A stretch of 64,000 bases of DNA from a virus (Duplodnaviria; Caudoviricetes). Made by a program: the position numbers and the translations under genes. The notes beneath the pieces are model-generated. The model had not been told where the DNA came from and searched no databases. It was given only the letters and a program-made list of their open reading frames with translations. This document shows, piece after piece, positions 20,486-30,900 of this stretch. Where the stretch lies: positions 1 to 64,000 of the IMG/VR virus record IMGVR_UViG_3300025030_001449; one strand, 5' to 3'. Position 1 is the stretch's first letter. Every line of letters begins with the position of its first letter.

Positions 20486-20815
20486 ATGAAAATAATAAAA
20501 GTTAAAGAATCTCAACTAAAAATGATAGTTGAAAGTATAATTAAAGAAAAAAGTGAAAACTTGAAAGAGGGAATGAATCCTGGTACAGGAATAGAAGGCT
20601 TTGTACAACAAGAAGAATTTCCTAAAAGAGAATTGAAAAGAAAAGAAACTGGTTTTAGAAAAAGAGAATTTGATCCATATCCAAAGGAAAGTCAGATCCT
20701 TTCGATATTTGGGCCATATGCTGACGATGTACCACCACAAATTTTACAATTTATGCGAAAGAATCCAAAATATGTTGCAGAAAAATTAAGAATGATCTAC
20801 GGTAAAAAATATTAA
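20486..20815 (+). CDS. hypothetical protein with MKIIKVKESQL leader
   Basis: shared leader; late promoter at 20460. Confidence 0.7.
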   Translation: MKIIKVKESQLKMIVESIIKEKSENLKEGMNPGTGIEGFVQQEEFPKRELKRKETGFRKREFDPYPKESQILSIFGPYADDVPPQILQFMRKNPKYVAEKLRMIYGKKY

Positions 20816-20890
20816 ATAATTTTTTTATTTATTAATTAATTCCTTTAATTTTATTGGTTTATTATTCCAGTCAATTTATTTTTTTCTTTC

Positions 20891-21316
20891 TCACATCTTA
20901 CATCTTACATATTCAACAGAGCCACAAACATTTTCAAATATTATATTATCAATATTATATTCTTTTAATTTAGGATTAATAATTTCAATTAAATATCTAT
21001 CAAGTTTTTTATTAAATAATGTAATTGATTTTCTAATTTCTTTTCTTAGTCCTTCATTATTTATTTTTCCAGAAAACAATTTGATTATTTCTTCCTTTTG
21101 TAATTCCAAATATCTTGACACAAAATATCTTCTATCAAATATAATGGTTTCATTTCTAATTGTAAATGGTTCTGTTGGATTATTATCACATATTTCTGTA
21201 AACCATTTATTCTTTCTTATAAAATTATTTAATTCTTGAGAACAAAATATTCTATCATGTTCTTTTAAAACATTATATCCCATATTTTTTATTAGTTGAT
21301 TAATAATATCGCTCAT
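20891..21316 (-). CDS. hypothetical protein
   Basis: coupled to 21313 gene. Confidence 0.55.
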   Translation of the reverse strand: MSDIINQLIKNMGYNVLKEHDRIFCSQELNNFIRKNKWFTEICDNNPTEPFTIRNETIIFDRRYFVSRYLELQKEEIIKLFSGKINNEGLRKEIRKSITLFNKKLDRYLIEIINPKLKEYNIDNIIFENVCGSVEYVRCKM

Positions 21317-21930
21317 TTATTTATTACATCTACAATATTAACATAATAATTATTTTTAGATTTCGTATAAAATTTATAAAATTTATTATTAGTTTTCATT
21401 AAAATGGAATGTTCCATAATAATTTTTGGTTTTATCCCAAAGTCCCATAATTGTAATAAATCATCAAATATTTTTTCTAATTCTTTATCATCCAACCCAT
21501 CCATATCCGATAAATAAATTAAATCTGGTTTAAATCCACTAATATGTGTCGGATATTCAGATATTCTGGAACCATTTATTAATTTCAATTCGTTTGCGTT
21601 ACTTTTAATTATGTTAACATGAAGTATTCTTTCAATAAAATCTTTTATTGTACCTATTGTACTACCATACCAATAACCACCCCTATATAATACATTCAAA
21701 TTTGAGTTATTCTGTAAATATTCACAAATGAAAAGACAAATTGTTGTTGTACTTCTAACTATTCTATTCTTTAAAATAACAGAGATATGTTTATCACAAA
21801 ATGATTCAATCATTTTTTTCTGATTATCATTTAAAATAATTTTATTTTTTTGAGATTGTTTATAATTGAATCTTAGTAAGTAATAATTATTTTCTATATT
21901 GTTTATATATTTGTCTGATAATAAACTCAT
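21313..21930 (-). CDS. degenerate terminase-large-subunit ATPase-like fragment
   Basis: LNDNQKKMI..VILKNRIVRSTT (cf. KxRQxGxTT), LKLINGSRI, IYLSDM (cf. DE). Confidence 0.5.
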   Translation of the reverse strand: MSLLSDKYINNIENNYYLLRFNYKQSQKNKIILNDNQKKMIESFCDKHISVILKNRIVRSTTTICLFICEYLQNNSNLNVLYRGGYWYGSTIGTIKDFIERILHVNIIKSNANELKLINGSRISEYPTHISGFKPDLIYLSDMDGLDDKELEKIFDDLLQLWDFGIKPKIIMEHSILMKTNNKFYKFYTKSKNNYYVNIVDVINK

Positions 21931-21941
21931 TTGATTATGAT

Positions 21942-22613
21942 TTATAAATTATAGTTTACCTTACATTTTGTTTTCTGAAAAACTAAAAAATAACAATGAA
22001 ATTTTCTGGCATGTTGTTGATTTTTATGATTTGGGCTAGACATCCTTGATTTTGCCAATAAAACAAACATGTCTTTTGGATAATATCCAATCTCTATTGC
22101 TTTCTTCATTATTAAATAATGAGAAAAATAATTAATACCACCACTTACAGTATCTTGACATTTAAATATTAAAATCCCATTATCGTTTAATATTCTATAA
22201 AATTCTTTCATTGAATCTTCATAAAATTTCCATAGTTCTGGCATAGAAAAAAAAGAAGAAAATCTTTTATGCATCAAATTACTCCCAGGTTTACTATTTT
22301 TTAAAGACGGGCCGATAGAACAAAGAAATGGCGGGTCAAAAATTAGTGAATTAATACTATCATTATTCAAAGGTAAATTTTTACAATCACATTTTATAAC
22401 ATCTTCTCTTTGGGGTTCAATATCAAATTTATATTTTGGCTCTTTTACTTTTCCGTTCTTATAAAATACTCCTTTTGAAAAACAAGGATCGCAATCAATT
22501 TCTCCAGATGGAATGTGAAGTTTAATAATATTATTAATTATATCTTGTTGACTAAAATTAATTGACTTTATAACGTCCTTACTATGAACTTTATTTAATT
22601 CTAATGTTTCCAT
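21942..22613 (-). CDS. DNA amino-methyltransferase
   Basis: DCDPCFSKGVFY, FDPPF, EFYRIL. Confidence 0.75.
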   Translation of the reverse strand: METLELNKVHSKDVIKSINFSQQDIINNIIKLHIPSGEIDCDPCFSKGVFYKNGKVKEPKYKFDIEPQREDVIKCDCKNLPLNNDSINSLIFDPPFLCSIGPSLKNSKPGSNLMHKRFSSFFSMPELWKFYEDSMKEFYRILNDNGILIFKCQDTVSGGINYFSHYLIMKKAIEIGYYPKDMFVLLAKSRMSSPNHKNQQHARKFHCYFLVFQKTKCKVNYNL

Positions 22614-22634
22614 AATTTTATTTAAAATTTTTAT

Positions 22635-23853
22635 AATATCTTTTTGTATTTATACATATTTATATATAAATGCTAAAGGGTTTTAAATACAGAATTTTGC
22701 CAACAAAGGAACAATCCATTTTGTTAAATAAGCATATTGGATCAAGTCGTTTTGTTTTTAATTTAGCCTTAGAAACTAAGCAAATGGCATACGCTGGCAG
22801 TAAAGTAAATTTATCCTGTTTTGACCTTGTGAAACAATTACCTGATTTGAAAAAAGAATGTGAATGGTTAAAAGAAGTTAATAGCCAGTCCTTACAACAA
22901 TCAATAACTAATTTAGATATGGCATACATAGCCTTCTTCAAAGGGCAAAATGGTTTTCCTACATTCAAAAAAAAATCAAATGGTGGTAGTTTCAATATTC
23001 CACAAAATGTATTGGTTGAAAATAATAAATTAATTATTCCTAAATTCAAAAAAGGAATTAATATTGTTTTGCATCGACCAATTAAAGGAACTATCAGACA
23101 AGCTATAATAAGTAAAACGCCAACAGGTAAATATTTTGCATCTATACTTTGTAAAACATGTGAAGTAATTAAGCCAAAAGCAATAATTAAAGAAAATACA
23201 ACCATTGGTATTGATTTGGGAATAAAAACCTTTTTAGTTGCCTCTGATGGACAGGAAATTGATAATCCTAAATTTCTTCGTAAAGCAATGGCAAGATTAA
23301 AATATGTACAATCCAAATACTCTAAACACAAAGGAAAAAGAACTAAACATCGGTTGGCTATTTTACACGAGAAAGTTGTTAACCAACGTAAAGATTTTCT
23401 ACACAAAATTTCAAGCAAACTAATCAAGAACCACGATAGTTTGGCAATAGAAGATTTATCAGTTTCTAACATGGTAAAAAACCACAAACTTGCACAAGCA
23501 ATTAATGATACTGGCTGGTCAACTTTTGTTACTATGTTAGAATACAAAGCAGAATGGTATGGCAAAAACATTCTTAAAATTGGCAGATTTGAACCATCAA
23601 GCAAGACTTGCTCATGTTGCGGATATATAAACAAAGAATTAACCCTATCAGACAGGGAATGGATATGTCCTAATTGCGGTGCAGTTCTTTCAAGAGATAA
23701 AAATGGTGCCATAAATATTAAATCATTTGCCATTAAAAATTATTTGTCTGTGGAATGCAGACTTAAAAATTGTAACGAATTGCCCCGTATTAATAAGGGA
23801 GTGATGACTTACGAAGCCCAACCCATCGCCTTTGGCGTGGATGGGTAGTTCAC
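22635..23853 (+). mobile_element. tnpB insertion without left-end hairpin, bounded by 9-bp direct repeat
   Basis: TTTAT|AATATCTTT at left; GGGTAGTTCAC|AATATCTTT at right; removal restores the stop of the 24448 gene. Confidence 0.8.
22670..23848 (+). CDS. tnpB: RNA-guided endonuclease TnpB (IS605 OrfB type)
   Basis: KYRILPT..Q HTH, GIDLG, IEDL, CSCC..CPNC, RDKNGAINI. Confidence 0.93.
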   Translation: MLKGFKYRILPTKEQSILLNKHIGSSRFVFNLALETKQMAYAGSKVNLSCFDLVKQLPDLKKECEWLKEVNSQSLQQSITNLDMAYIAFFKGQNGFPTFKKKSNGGSFNIPQNVLVENNKLIIPKFKKGINIVLHRPIKGTIRQAIISKTPTGKYFASILCKTCEVIKPKAIIKENTTIGIDLGIKTFLVASDGQEIDNPKFLRKAMARLKYVQSKYSKHKGKRTKHRLAILHEKVVNQRKDFLHKISSKLIKNHDSLAIEDLSVSNMVKNHKLAQAINDTGWSTFVTMLEYKAEWYGKNILKIGRFEPSSKTCSCCGYINKELTLSDREWICPNCGAVLSRDKNGAINIKSFAIKNYLSVECRLKNCNELPRINKGVMTYEAQPIAFGVDG

Positions 23854-23873
23854 AATATCTTTCCATCATTGAT
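23720..23873 (+). ncRNA. predicted omega/reRNA of second TnpB (5' boundary uncertain); guide begins at 23854
   Basis: right-end hairpin CCCATC-GCC..GGC-GATGGG then TAGTTCAC; similar to right end of first element. Confidence 0.55.
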
Positions 23874-24448
23874 TGCCCCATGTTTTGTGCAGGATAATCA
23901 AAATGAAATGGTTTACCTTTTAATTGAGAATAATAATTTGATATTTTCATTGGATGAAATTCCCCCAAATCTTCAGTTTTTCCATCATTATAAAATATAT
24001 GAATGTCTCCATTTGTATCTGGTCCAGAATAAATTATGGAATCTTGATTATATTTGTCCATTAATTTTTTAATTAATTTTAAAGTTATATTAGAAACAAA
24101 TAATGAAGGTTCACTTCTCCATATTATTTTATCTTCTGGACAATCATCAAGATTATTGACATTTATTTCACATTCTTTCCATTTACCAATTAATCTAATA
24201 AAACCAAGTTTATTTGATCTTAAATCGTGCTTTAATTTTTCAAAATTATCCTTATTTTTATCTGGTAATAATTCTTCTTTCCAAGATGTTAATATAGAAA
24301 ATGAAGTATGTTTACTTTCTTTATAATGTTGATAAACTCTATTTAAAGATGATTCATTTAATTTCTCTAAATTATTTTCATTTCTATATTTTATAATATC
24401 TTGATATGAATGTTTTTCTTTATTTATCAAATAAACATCTAAGCTCAT
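23723..24448 (-). CDS. SAM lyase-like protein; C-terminus replaced by the tnpB insertion
   Basis: ILTSWK..N...L...L....G.WKE...EPSLFV...KYNQDSII pattern like T3 SAMase; last ~43 aa read from element DNA. Confidence 0.55.
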   Translation of the reverse strand: MSLDVYLINKEKHSYQDIIKYRNENNLEKLNESSLNRVYQHYKESKHTSFSILTSWKEELLPDKNKDNFEKLKHDLRSNKLGFIRLIGKWKECEINVNNLDDCPEDKIIWRSEPSLFVSNITLKLIKKLMDKYNQDSIIYSGPDTNGDIHIFYNDGKTEDLGEFHPMKISNYYSQLKGKPFHFDYPAQNMGQSMMERYCELPIHAKGDGLGFVSHHSLINTGQFVTIFKSAFHRQIIFNGK

Positions 24449-24527
24449 ATTATTTTAATTTAATTGTTAAAAAATAGTGTTATAAAAAACAAAGATAAGT
24501 AAAATATTTTAAAAAATCAATAGGTAT

Positions 24528-25334
24528 TTAAATATATATAGTTTCTTCTTTAATTCTTTTATTTATTAAATCACAATATTTTTCAGATATTTCAAATCCT
24601 ATCCATTTTCTGTTTAATTTAATCGCAGCCAAAGCAGAAGTCCCACTTCCCATAAAAGGATCAATAACAATTCCATTTTCTGGACAAAAACATTGAATAA
24701 TATCATACGGTAATTTATCTGGAAAAGTTGCTGGATGTTCATGTTTTAATTTTGTTCCATCGCCACAAGTAATATAATCCCAAATAGTCCCACGACATTT
24801 TGTTATGTTTATCATTTTCTTGGTGGATTTAAATGTGGTGCCATCGGTTTTTCTTGTTGCTCTACCTGTCATAAATTTACCACCGTGTTTAGATAATATT
24901 TTAAGATTTTCTTTATTAAAATATTGAGGTTTATCACCTTTTAAAAAAATGGGAATATATTCATGATCAACTCTAAATCTTTTAGTCCACCATGCACCCT
25001 CAACTCCTTGTTTTTGATATATGCAGCATTCAAATAATTTAAAACCAATATTATCACACCAATCAACAATTGTTCTGAAAGATGTTAAACTTTTTCCAAA
25101 ATTCTTTGTTTGGTCCTGAATTATCATTACTGATATTCCACCATCTTTTAATATTCTGAATAATTGTTTTCCTGTTTCATGTAAATCTAATTCAAACCCA
25201 TTATATTCCCTAATATTATTGTAAGGCGGAGAAAATACGGCAAGATCAATTGAATTATCTGGAATTTGTTTCATTCCTTCCACACAATCTATATTATAAA
25301 CTTTATTTAATTCAAATAAACCCAATTTATCCAT
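24528..25334 (-). CDS. beta-class N4C/N6A DNA methyltransferase
   Basis: FSPPY, HPATFP, DPFMGSGT. Confidence 0.9.
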   Translation of the reverse strand: MDKLGLFELNKVYNIDCVEGMKQIPDNSIDLAVFSPPYNNIREYNGFELDLHETGKQLFRILKDGGISVMIIQDQTKNFGKSLTSFRTIVDWCDNIGFKLFECCIYQKQGVEGAWWTKRFRVDHEYIPIFLKGDKPQYFNKENLKILSKHGGKFMTGRATRKTDGTTFKSTKKMINITKCRGTIWDYITCGDGTKLKHEHPATFPDKLPYDIIQCFCPENGIVIDPFMGSGTSALAAIKLNRKWIGFEISEKYCDLINKRIKEETIYI

Positions 25335-25957
25335 TAATTATATTTTTGTTCATCCAATCCATATATTTCAGTATTTGGTAATAATTCTTTGATTTTTTGT
25401 TGTTCTTTTATGGATAATTTATTGCCATATAAATATAAGTCTTCTAACTGAATTAAACCCCTAATTGAATCTGGTAATGAAAATAAGTTGTTATTATATA
25501 AATATAATTTTTTTAATTGAATTAAATTTCCAATTGAATCTGGAATGGAAGATAAACTGTTACAAGATAAACATAATTCTTCTAATTGAGTTAAATTTCC
25601 AATTGAATCTGGTAAAGAAGGTAATTTATTATAATCTAAATATAATTTTTTTAATTTACTTAATACATCATTCCACAAATCAATTTCTTTTTCAATTAAT
25701 ATATCATTTGTAACTGATTTATTTTTACCATCAATTATTTTTCCATATACTTTAACTAAACATATTCTATTTTTTAAATTACATCGTTTATAATAAAAAA
25801 TATCTTGTATACTTTTATGAAAATGAAATCCAGAATTACACATTTTCAGATCATTTTCATGAATTTTATATCTTTTTCCTATCTCATATTGAAACTTTAT
25901 TCTATCTGTTGGGGCGGTAGATAGATCTGATTTAAAATTTTTATACCCTGTTATCAT
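25334..25957 (-). CDS. phage N-terminal domain + leucine-rich repeats
   Basis: GYK..FQYEIG..C.SGFHF domain; 23-aa LxxLxLxxNxLxSLPDSIGNL repeats (69-bp period). Confidence 0.8.
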   Translation of the reverse strand: MITGYKNFKSDLSTAPTDRIKFQYEIGKRYKIHENDLKMCNSGFHFHKSIQDIFYYKRCNLKNRICLVKVYGKIIDGKNKSVTNDILIEKEIDLWNDVLSKLKKLYLDYNKLPSLPDSIGNLTQLEELCLSCNSLSSIPDSIGNLIQLKKLYLYNNNLFSLPDSIRGLIQLEDLYLYGNKLSIKEQQKIKELLPNTEIYGLDEQKYN

Positions 25958-26029
25958 TTAATTTTAATAAAAAGTTTAATAATTTAATTAAAAAACAAAG
26001 ATAAGTAAAATATTTTAAAAAATCAATAG

Positions 26030-27034
26030 CTATATTTCATTAGCCATATAATCATCCAATTTTAATTTTTTATTGGATTTCAATAATTCACGAATTCCAC
26101 TTAAACCAAAATCTTTTCTTATTTGAGATAAATCAGTATCAGTTGGAATATCAACAACTCTTATTTTATCTTTTAATTGAATGGTTGTATGTAAACGTTT
26201 GTATATCTGGTACATTTCTATCTTTGCATCACCATCAAGAACAATAAAAATATATCCCCCATTCAATTTTTTTATCAAAGTATAGTATAGATGGTCGCTC
26301 ATAACTTTTCCGATCAGGGGAATGATATTAGTTAGAGGATAAAGACCAATCATGTCAAACATGCCCTCACAAATAAATAAAGAATTATTCCAATTAATAT
26401 TATGCTCATTTATTATAAGATTCATTTTTTCAATATTTGGATTTAAATATTTAATTTTTTGACCTGTAAAGCTGCGAGCTACAAAATAATTTAATTTATT
26501 ATTTTCATCATAACTTGGAATTATTATTCTGTTTTCATATCTACCTTCACTACAATATCCCATATTATATTTTTCAATGATTTCATCATTTAATCCCCTC
26601 AATGCCAAATAATTTATTGATTCTTTATAAGATAAATCATTTTTATTTCCATCTTTAAATAAAATTAATTCTCTTGGAAGATAAATGGGTCCCTTATAAT
26701 GTTGATTGTCATCATTGTTATTTTGTTCATCATGTTCATCATCTACATCGACAAGGGACAAATATTGTTTTAATTGAAATTTTGTGCCTCGTTCTCGTAT
26801 TAATTTCATCAAGGATCCATGAGTACCATTAGTTTCTGAACAAGACCAGCAATTGTACTGGTATCTCTTTAAACTCACTTCTAAATTTCCTTTTCCATCA
26901 AGATGATTTAATCCTTTAATTTCATAACTACATGTTGGACAATCAAATCCGTACTGCAATTGAGAATGATTTTTCTTTGTAGGTTCACCCAAAATGCTGA
27001 TAATTAAAGAATATAATGGATTAATTTGTATCAT
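26030..27034 (-). CDS. DNA primase (Zn-binding domain + TOPRIM)
   Basis: CPTC..CWSC, YL..RG, RIIIP, VARS, KYLN, CEGMFD, LDGDA. Confidence 0.85.
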   Translation of the reverse strand: MIQINPLYSLIISILGEPTKKNHSQLQYGFDCPTCSYEIKGLNHLDGKGNLEVSLKRYQYNCWSCSETNGTHGSLMKLIRERGTKFQLKQYLSLVDVDDEHDEQNNNDDNQHYKGPIYLPRELILFKDGNKNDLSYKESINYLALRGLNDEIIEKYNMGYCSEGRYENRIIIPSYDENNKLNYFVARSFTGQKIKYLNPNIEKMNLIINEHNINWNNSLFICEGMFDMIGLYPLTNIIPLIGKVMSDHLYYTLIKKLNGGYIFIVLDGDAKIEMYQIYKRLHTTIQLKDKIRVVDIPTDTDLSQIRKDFGLSGIRELLKSNKKLKLDDYMANEI

Positions 27035-27052
27035 AAAAATTAAATATTATTT

Positions 27053-27805
27053 TTAAATATATGTGCCATGATAATTAATTATTTTATAAATATGTTCAAA
27101 AAATTCACTATAACTAATATTCATTTTCATTCTATTACAAAATTTACAACATGGAACACAATTTTCTATTACATATCCTTTTAAATTATCTTTTCTATCT
27201 ATTCCATTATAGATATACTTACTCCATTCATGTTTACTGATACTATTACTATATTGTATTTGTAATGGTTCTAATCCACAATAATAACAATTTTGTAATG
27301 TTAATTTTTTAAATTGTTCTTTTGTTAGATTAAATTTTAAATTTCTAATTTTTGCACTTCTAATATACTGAGTAAATAAACTATTTAATCCCGATTCTCC
27401 CTTATTTATTCTTCTATATGTATTACCTTTATGTGCCTTTGAAGACATTTCTCTTTGTAAACAACTACAACTTTTTACCTTTCCGCTTTTTAAATGATGA
27501 GCTCCAACAATTTTAATTTTACCACAGTCACATTGGCATTTCCATAATGTATTATTAAATTTATCTTTTCCTATATATTTTAATGCTGTTAATCTATTAA
27601 ATTTTTGTCCAGTTAAATCAAATATTGTAAACCCACCTCTTGGATCTTTTATTTTTGTGATACCGTTCTTTGTTCTTTTTATTAATCCTGTCTCTGTTTC
27701 TCCAGTAATGATCCATTTTCCATCTTTTCTGGGCTTCGTGTATTTCTTCTTCGGTAAAATATTTTCTTTTTCTTCCCATTGTTGTCTAATGTTTATTTCT
27801 TTCAT
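27053..27805 (-). CDS. HNH-type homing endonuclease
   Basis: DLTGQKFNRL..WKCQCDCG..SCSC; CYYCG..NGIDRKDN..GY..NCVPCC..CN. Confidence 0.85.
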   Translation of the reverse strand: MKEINIRQQWEEKENILPKKKYTKPRKDGKWIITGETETGLIKRTKNGITKIKDPRGGFTIFDLTGQKFNRLTALKYIGKDKFNNTLWKCQCDCGKIKIVGAHHLKSGKVKSCSCLQREMSSKAHKGNTYRRINKGESGLNSLFTQYIRSAKIRNLKFNLTKEQFKKLTLQNCYYCGLEPLQIQYSNSISKHEWSKYIYNGIDRKDNLKGYVIENCVPCCKFCNRMKMNISYSEFFEHIYKIINYHGTYI

Positions 27806-27984
27806 AATTTATCGTTTCTATATAAATAGTCGACAAATTAAAAAAATCTAATAAAAATACAATAAAATTAAATATTTGGTTCTTATTCCATATTTTATAA
27901 TAACATTATATATACCTGATAATATTGATGATATTATCATGCAAAATACAAAGATAAGTAAAATTATTTAAAAAGAAAGGTTGT

Positions 27985-30900
27985 TTAATATTTTATTCCA
28001 TCAATATAAATAAATCTATCTGTATTTTTAACAGAATCAAAACATTTAAATCCAATCTTTTCCAATATTTGTTTTAATTCATGTTCTTTACCTTTCCATT
28101 TTGAAGAAGGTTCACAAATAAAAATATTACCAAATGGTTTTAATGTTCTATATGCTTCTTTCAAATAATCTTCATAATTTGATCCCATTAATGATAATGA
28201 AAATACTGCAACATCCAATGTATTATCTTTTAACGGAACATTACACATATCACAAGAAATAACCTTATTATTTATTGCAACATAATCAAAACCATATATT
28301 TTATTATCAGGTAATTCATTAGATAATAAATTCTCACCACAACCAAAATCACCAACAACCCAATCTAACCTATTTTTTATTTTTTTAGATATTTCAATAT
28401 ATGGAATTTCTGACCACGTTTTTCTTTGTTCACTATAAAGAGTATGATACAAATACCATTCTTCTGGTTCTTTTTCTATTCTATCTTTTGTTGTACTGGA
28501 ATGAGAAACCGACCATCTTCTATTCATTTCAGAGAAATCCCCTAATTTTCTTTTTAATTTTTCAACAAACTCTGGATTTAATGGTATTTTTAATTCTTCT
28601 CTTTCAAATGTAATAATATTATTTTTATTTATTCTATCTAACCAATCTTTAAGTTCTTGTTTGGCATCTTCAATCATTTTACCTTTTGGTGGTAATAGAC
28701 TTTTTGGAACTCTCCCATCAATTGCCAAATCTGCTAGTGTTGCTTTATATTTAACAATATTAAATCTTTTTTTATCCCAACTCCATTGTCCGTTATCCGT
28801 ATTAATAATAACTTGGGGAATATAAACATTAACTTTATCAAAAAGAGAACCCTGTCTTTTTATTCTTCCAATTAATTGATCAAATTCTGAACTTGTCCAA
28901 GGGACACATAATGGAATTAATGTATCACACACTTTTTGTATTCCATCTACGCCAGTTCCAACTGGTGCCGAACCAATCAAAACATCAACTTCTCTTCTTT
29001 TAAATCGTTCCAGACCCGCTTTATCGTCTCCAGTATAAAATCCCACACTAAATCCCAAATCTTTCACATATTTCCCAATATCGTCAATTATTCCTGTAAC
29101 ATAATAAGTATAGATTAAAGTGCCAGGTTTAATATATTGCTTTATTGCATCCAATTTTGGTTTTAACAAACATTTTTCCAAATCAAGTACACCCCCCTTC
29201 GGTACATTTTTAATATCTTCCACTAAATGAGACCCATCAATATCAATTTTTTCTATATTAACTGAAATATCATATTTTGGTTTGTATCTCAAACCAGTTA
29301 TGGTTAATGCTTTATACATTTCAATACCATTAATTATGGATCCTTTTGTATCCAAATCGTCATGTGATTGACCAGATAATAATTCAATTAGTTTTTTTGG
29401 TTCTTCTAAATTATTAATAACTGGAGTTGCAGACATTCCTAACAAATATAAATTTTTATTTAATTCTCTTGCTTTGATAATTAACTTATTTATAACATTT
29501 CTTCTTATTGATTCTTTATCTTCATCTCTTTGTTTTACATTTTGAATCTCATCCAAAATAATGTAATCAAAAATATTATTTTCAAATAATTGGGAAGCAA
29601 TATATTCACCATCTTCTTGTTGAAATGTTTCATAATTTAATATTAAATAATTGTTTTCATTATCTTTTGGCAAAGTAATATTATATTTATCGTTTAATAT
29701 ATTATAAGAATTAGCAGGAACGTTATCCAAATATTTTTTAACATAAATGTTATTATTTGTGAAATATTCATTTATGGATTTAACCCACCCATCAACAATT
29801 GAATTATTACAAATAATCAATGTATTTTTTAATTTTGCTATTCTTCCAGCTAAAATTGCTGAAAGAGTTTTTCCTGAACCTACCCCAGACCAGTTCCCAT
29901 AAATTTTTTCTTTTAATAATCTGTAAGATACAAGTAACTGCATGTCATTGGGTTTATATTTGAAAATATAATCTTTTGGTATTTTAAGATTTTTCATTTC
30001 ATAATATTCTGTCAAAAACTCTTTCTTAATAATTTCAAAATTTTTACCACCATGTTCATTTTTCAGTTTGTCAATGTTTACTTCTTTTTCATTTAAAATA
30101 TTATTCCAAAATTCTTTTAATTTATTTTTTAATAAAAAATCAATATTTTCATCATCAAGTGATGCCGTTATCATTTTATTATCCAGCATTTTTAATTTTT
30201 TTATTGCATCTTCATCATTGGGAATTAATTCTTCCTCTTTTTCATTTTCCGTAATATCTAATTTATCTTTTTCTAATACTTGTTCTGTAAATTGTAATTC
30301 TTTTTCAATTTCTTTTTCTTCTTCCTCACTATCAAATTCTGTTTCATCAGTTTTTTTAACTTTGTTTATTATATCATTTAATATATCTTTTCTATGTTGG
30401 GAACCAGATTTGGAGGAAACAAAATCTTCCAATGAGCCAAGCTCTTTAAGTTTTTTGGCTAAATTATTTGAATTTATAATTGTTATAAGTTCAACAGAAG
30501 ATAAATTAATTAATTCAGATTGAAGAGATTTTAAAAAATCAATTATTGCTGATTTATTCCATTGATGTTGGCCATTACCCAAATAACCTAAAAAATCAGC
30601 ATAACAAGTAAATTCATTTTTATATGTACGTTCTGGGATTGATGGAATATTATTTGGTTTATTTATTTTCCACCAATTTTCAAATTCCTCACAAGATTTC
30701 AAATTAAATTTATGAACAAATTCTTTTGCTTCTTCAAATGGTAAATGTTGTTTACTTTTTTCTAAATTAGATAAAATTCCACCACCTAAAAAATTTCCCC
30801 ATGAAATCCAACCTTTATTTTTATAGGCGACTCCTGGTGTTTTGGGGATATTATTTGGAAGGTTATTGTTTTTCCAATATTCTTGCCATTTTGATATTGA

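Noticed and set aside
20891-21316. Possible second tail-sheath fragment (DRRY...INNEGLRKEI)
   Set aside because: Similarity too weak to call by eye; needs HHpred
22660-23733. 357-aa antisense ORF over second tnpB
   Set aside because: Shadow frame in a register with few stop opportunities; no motifs; the opposite strand is clearly TnpB
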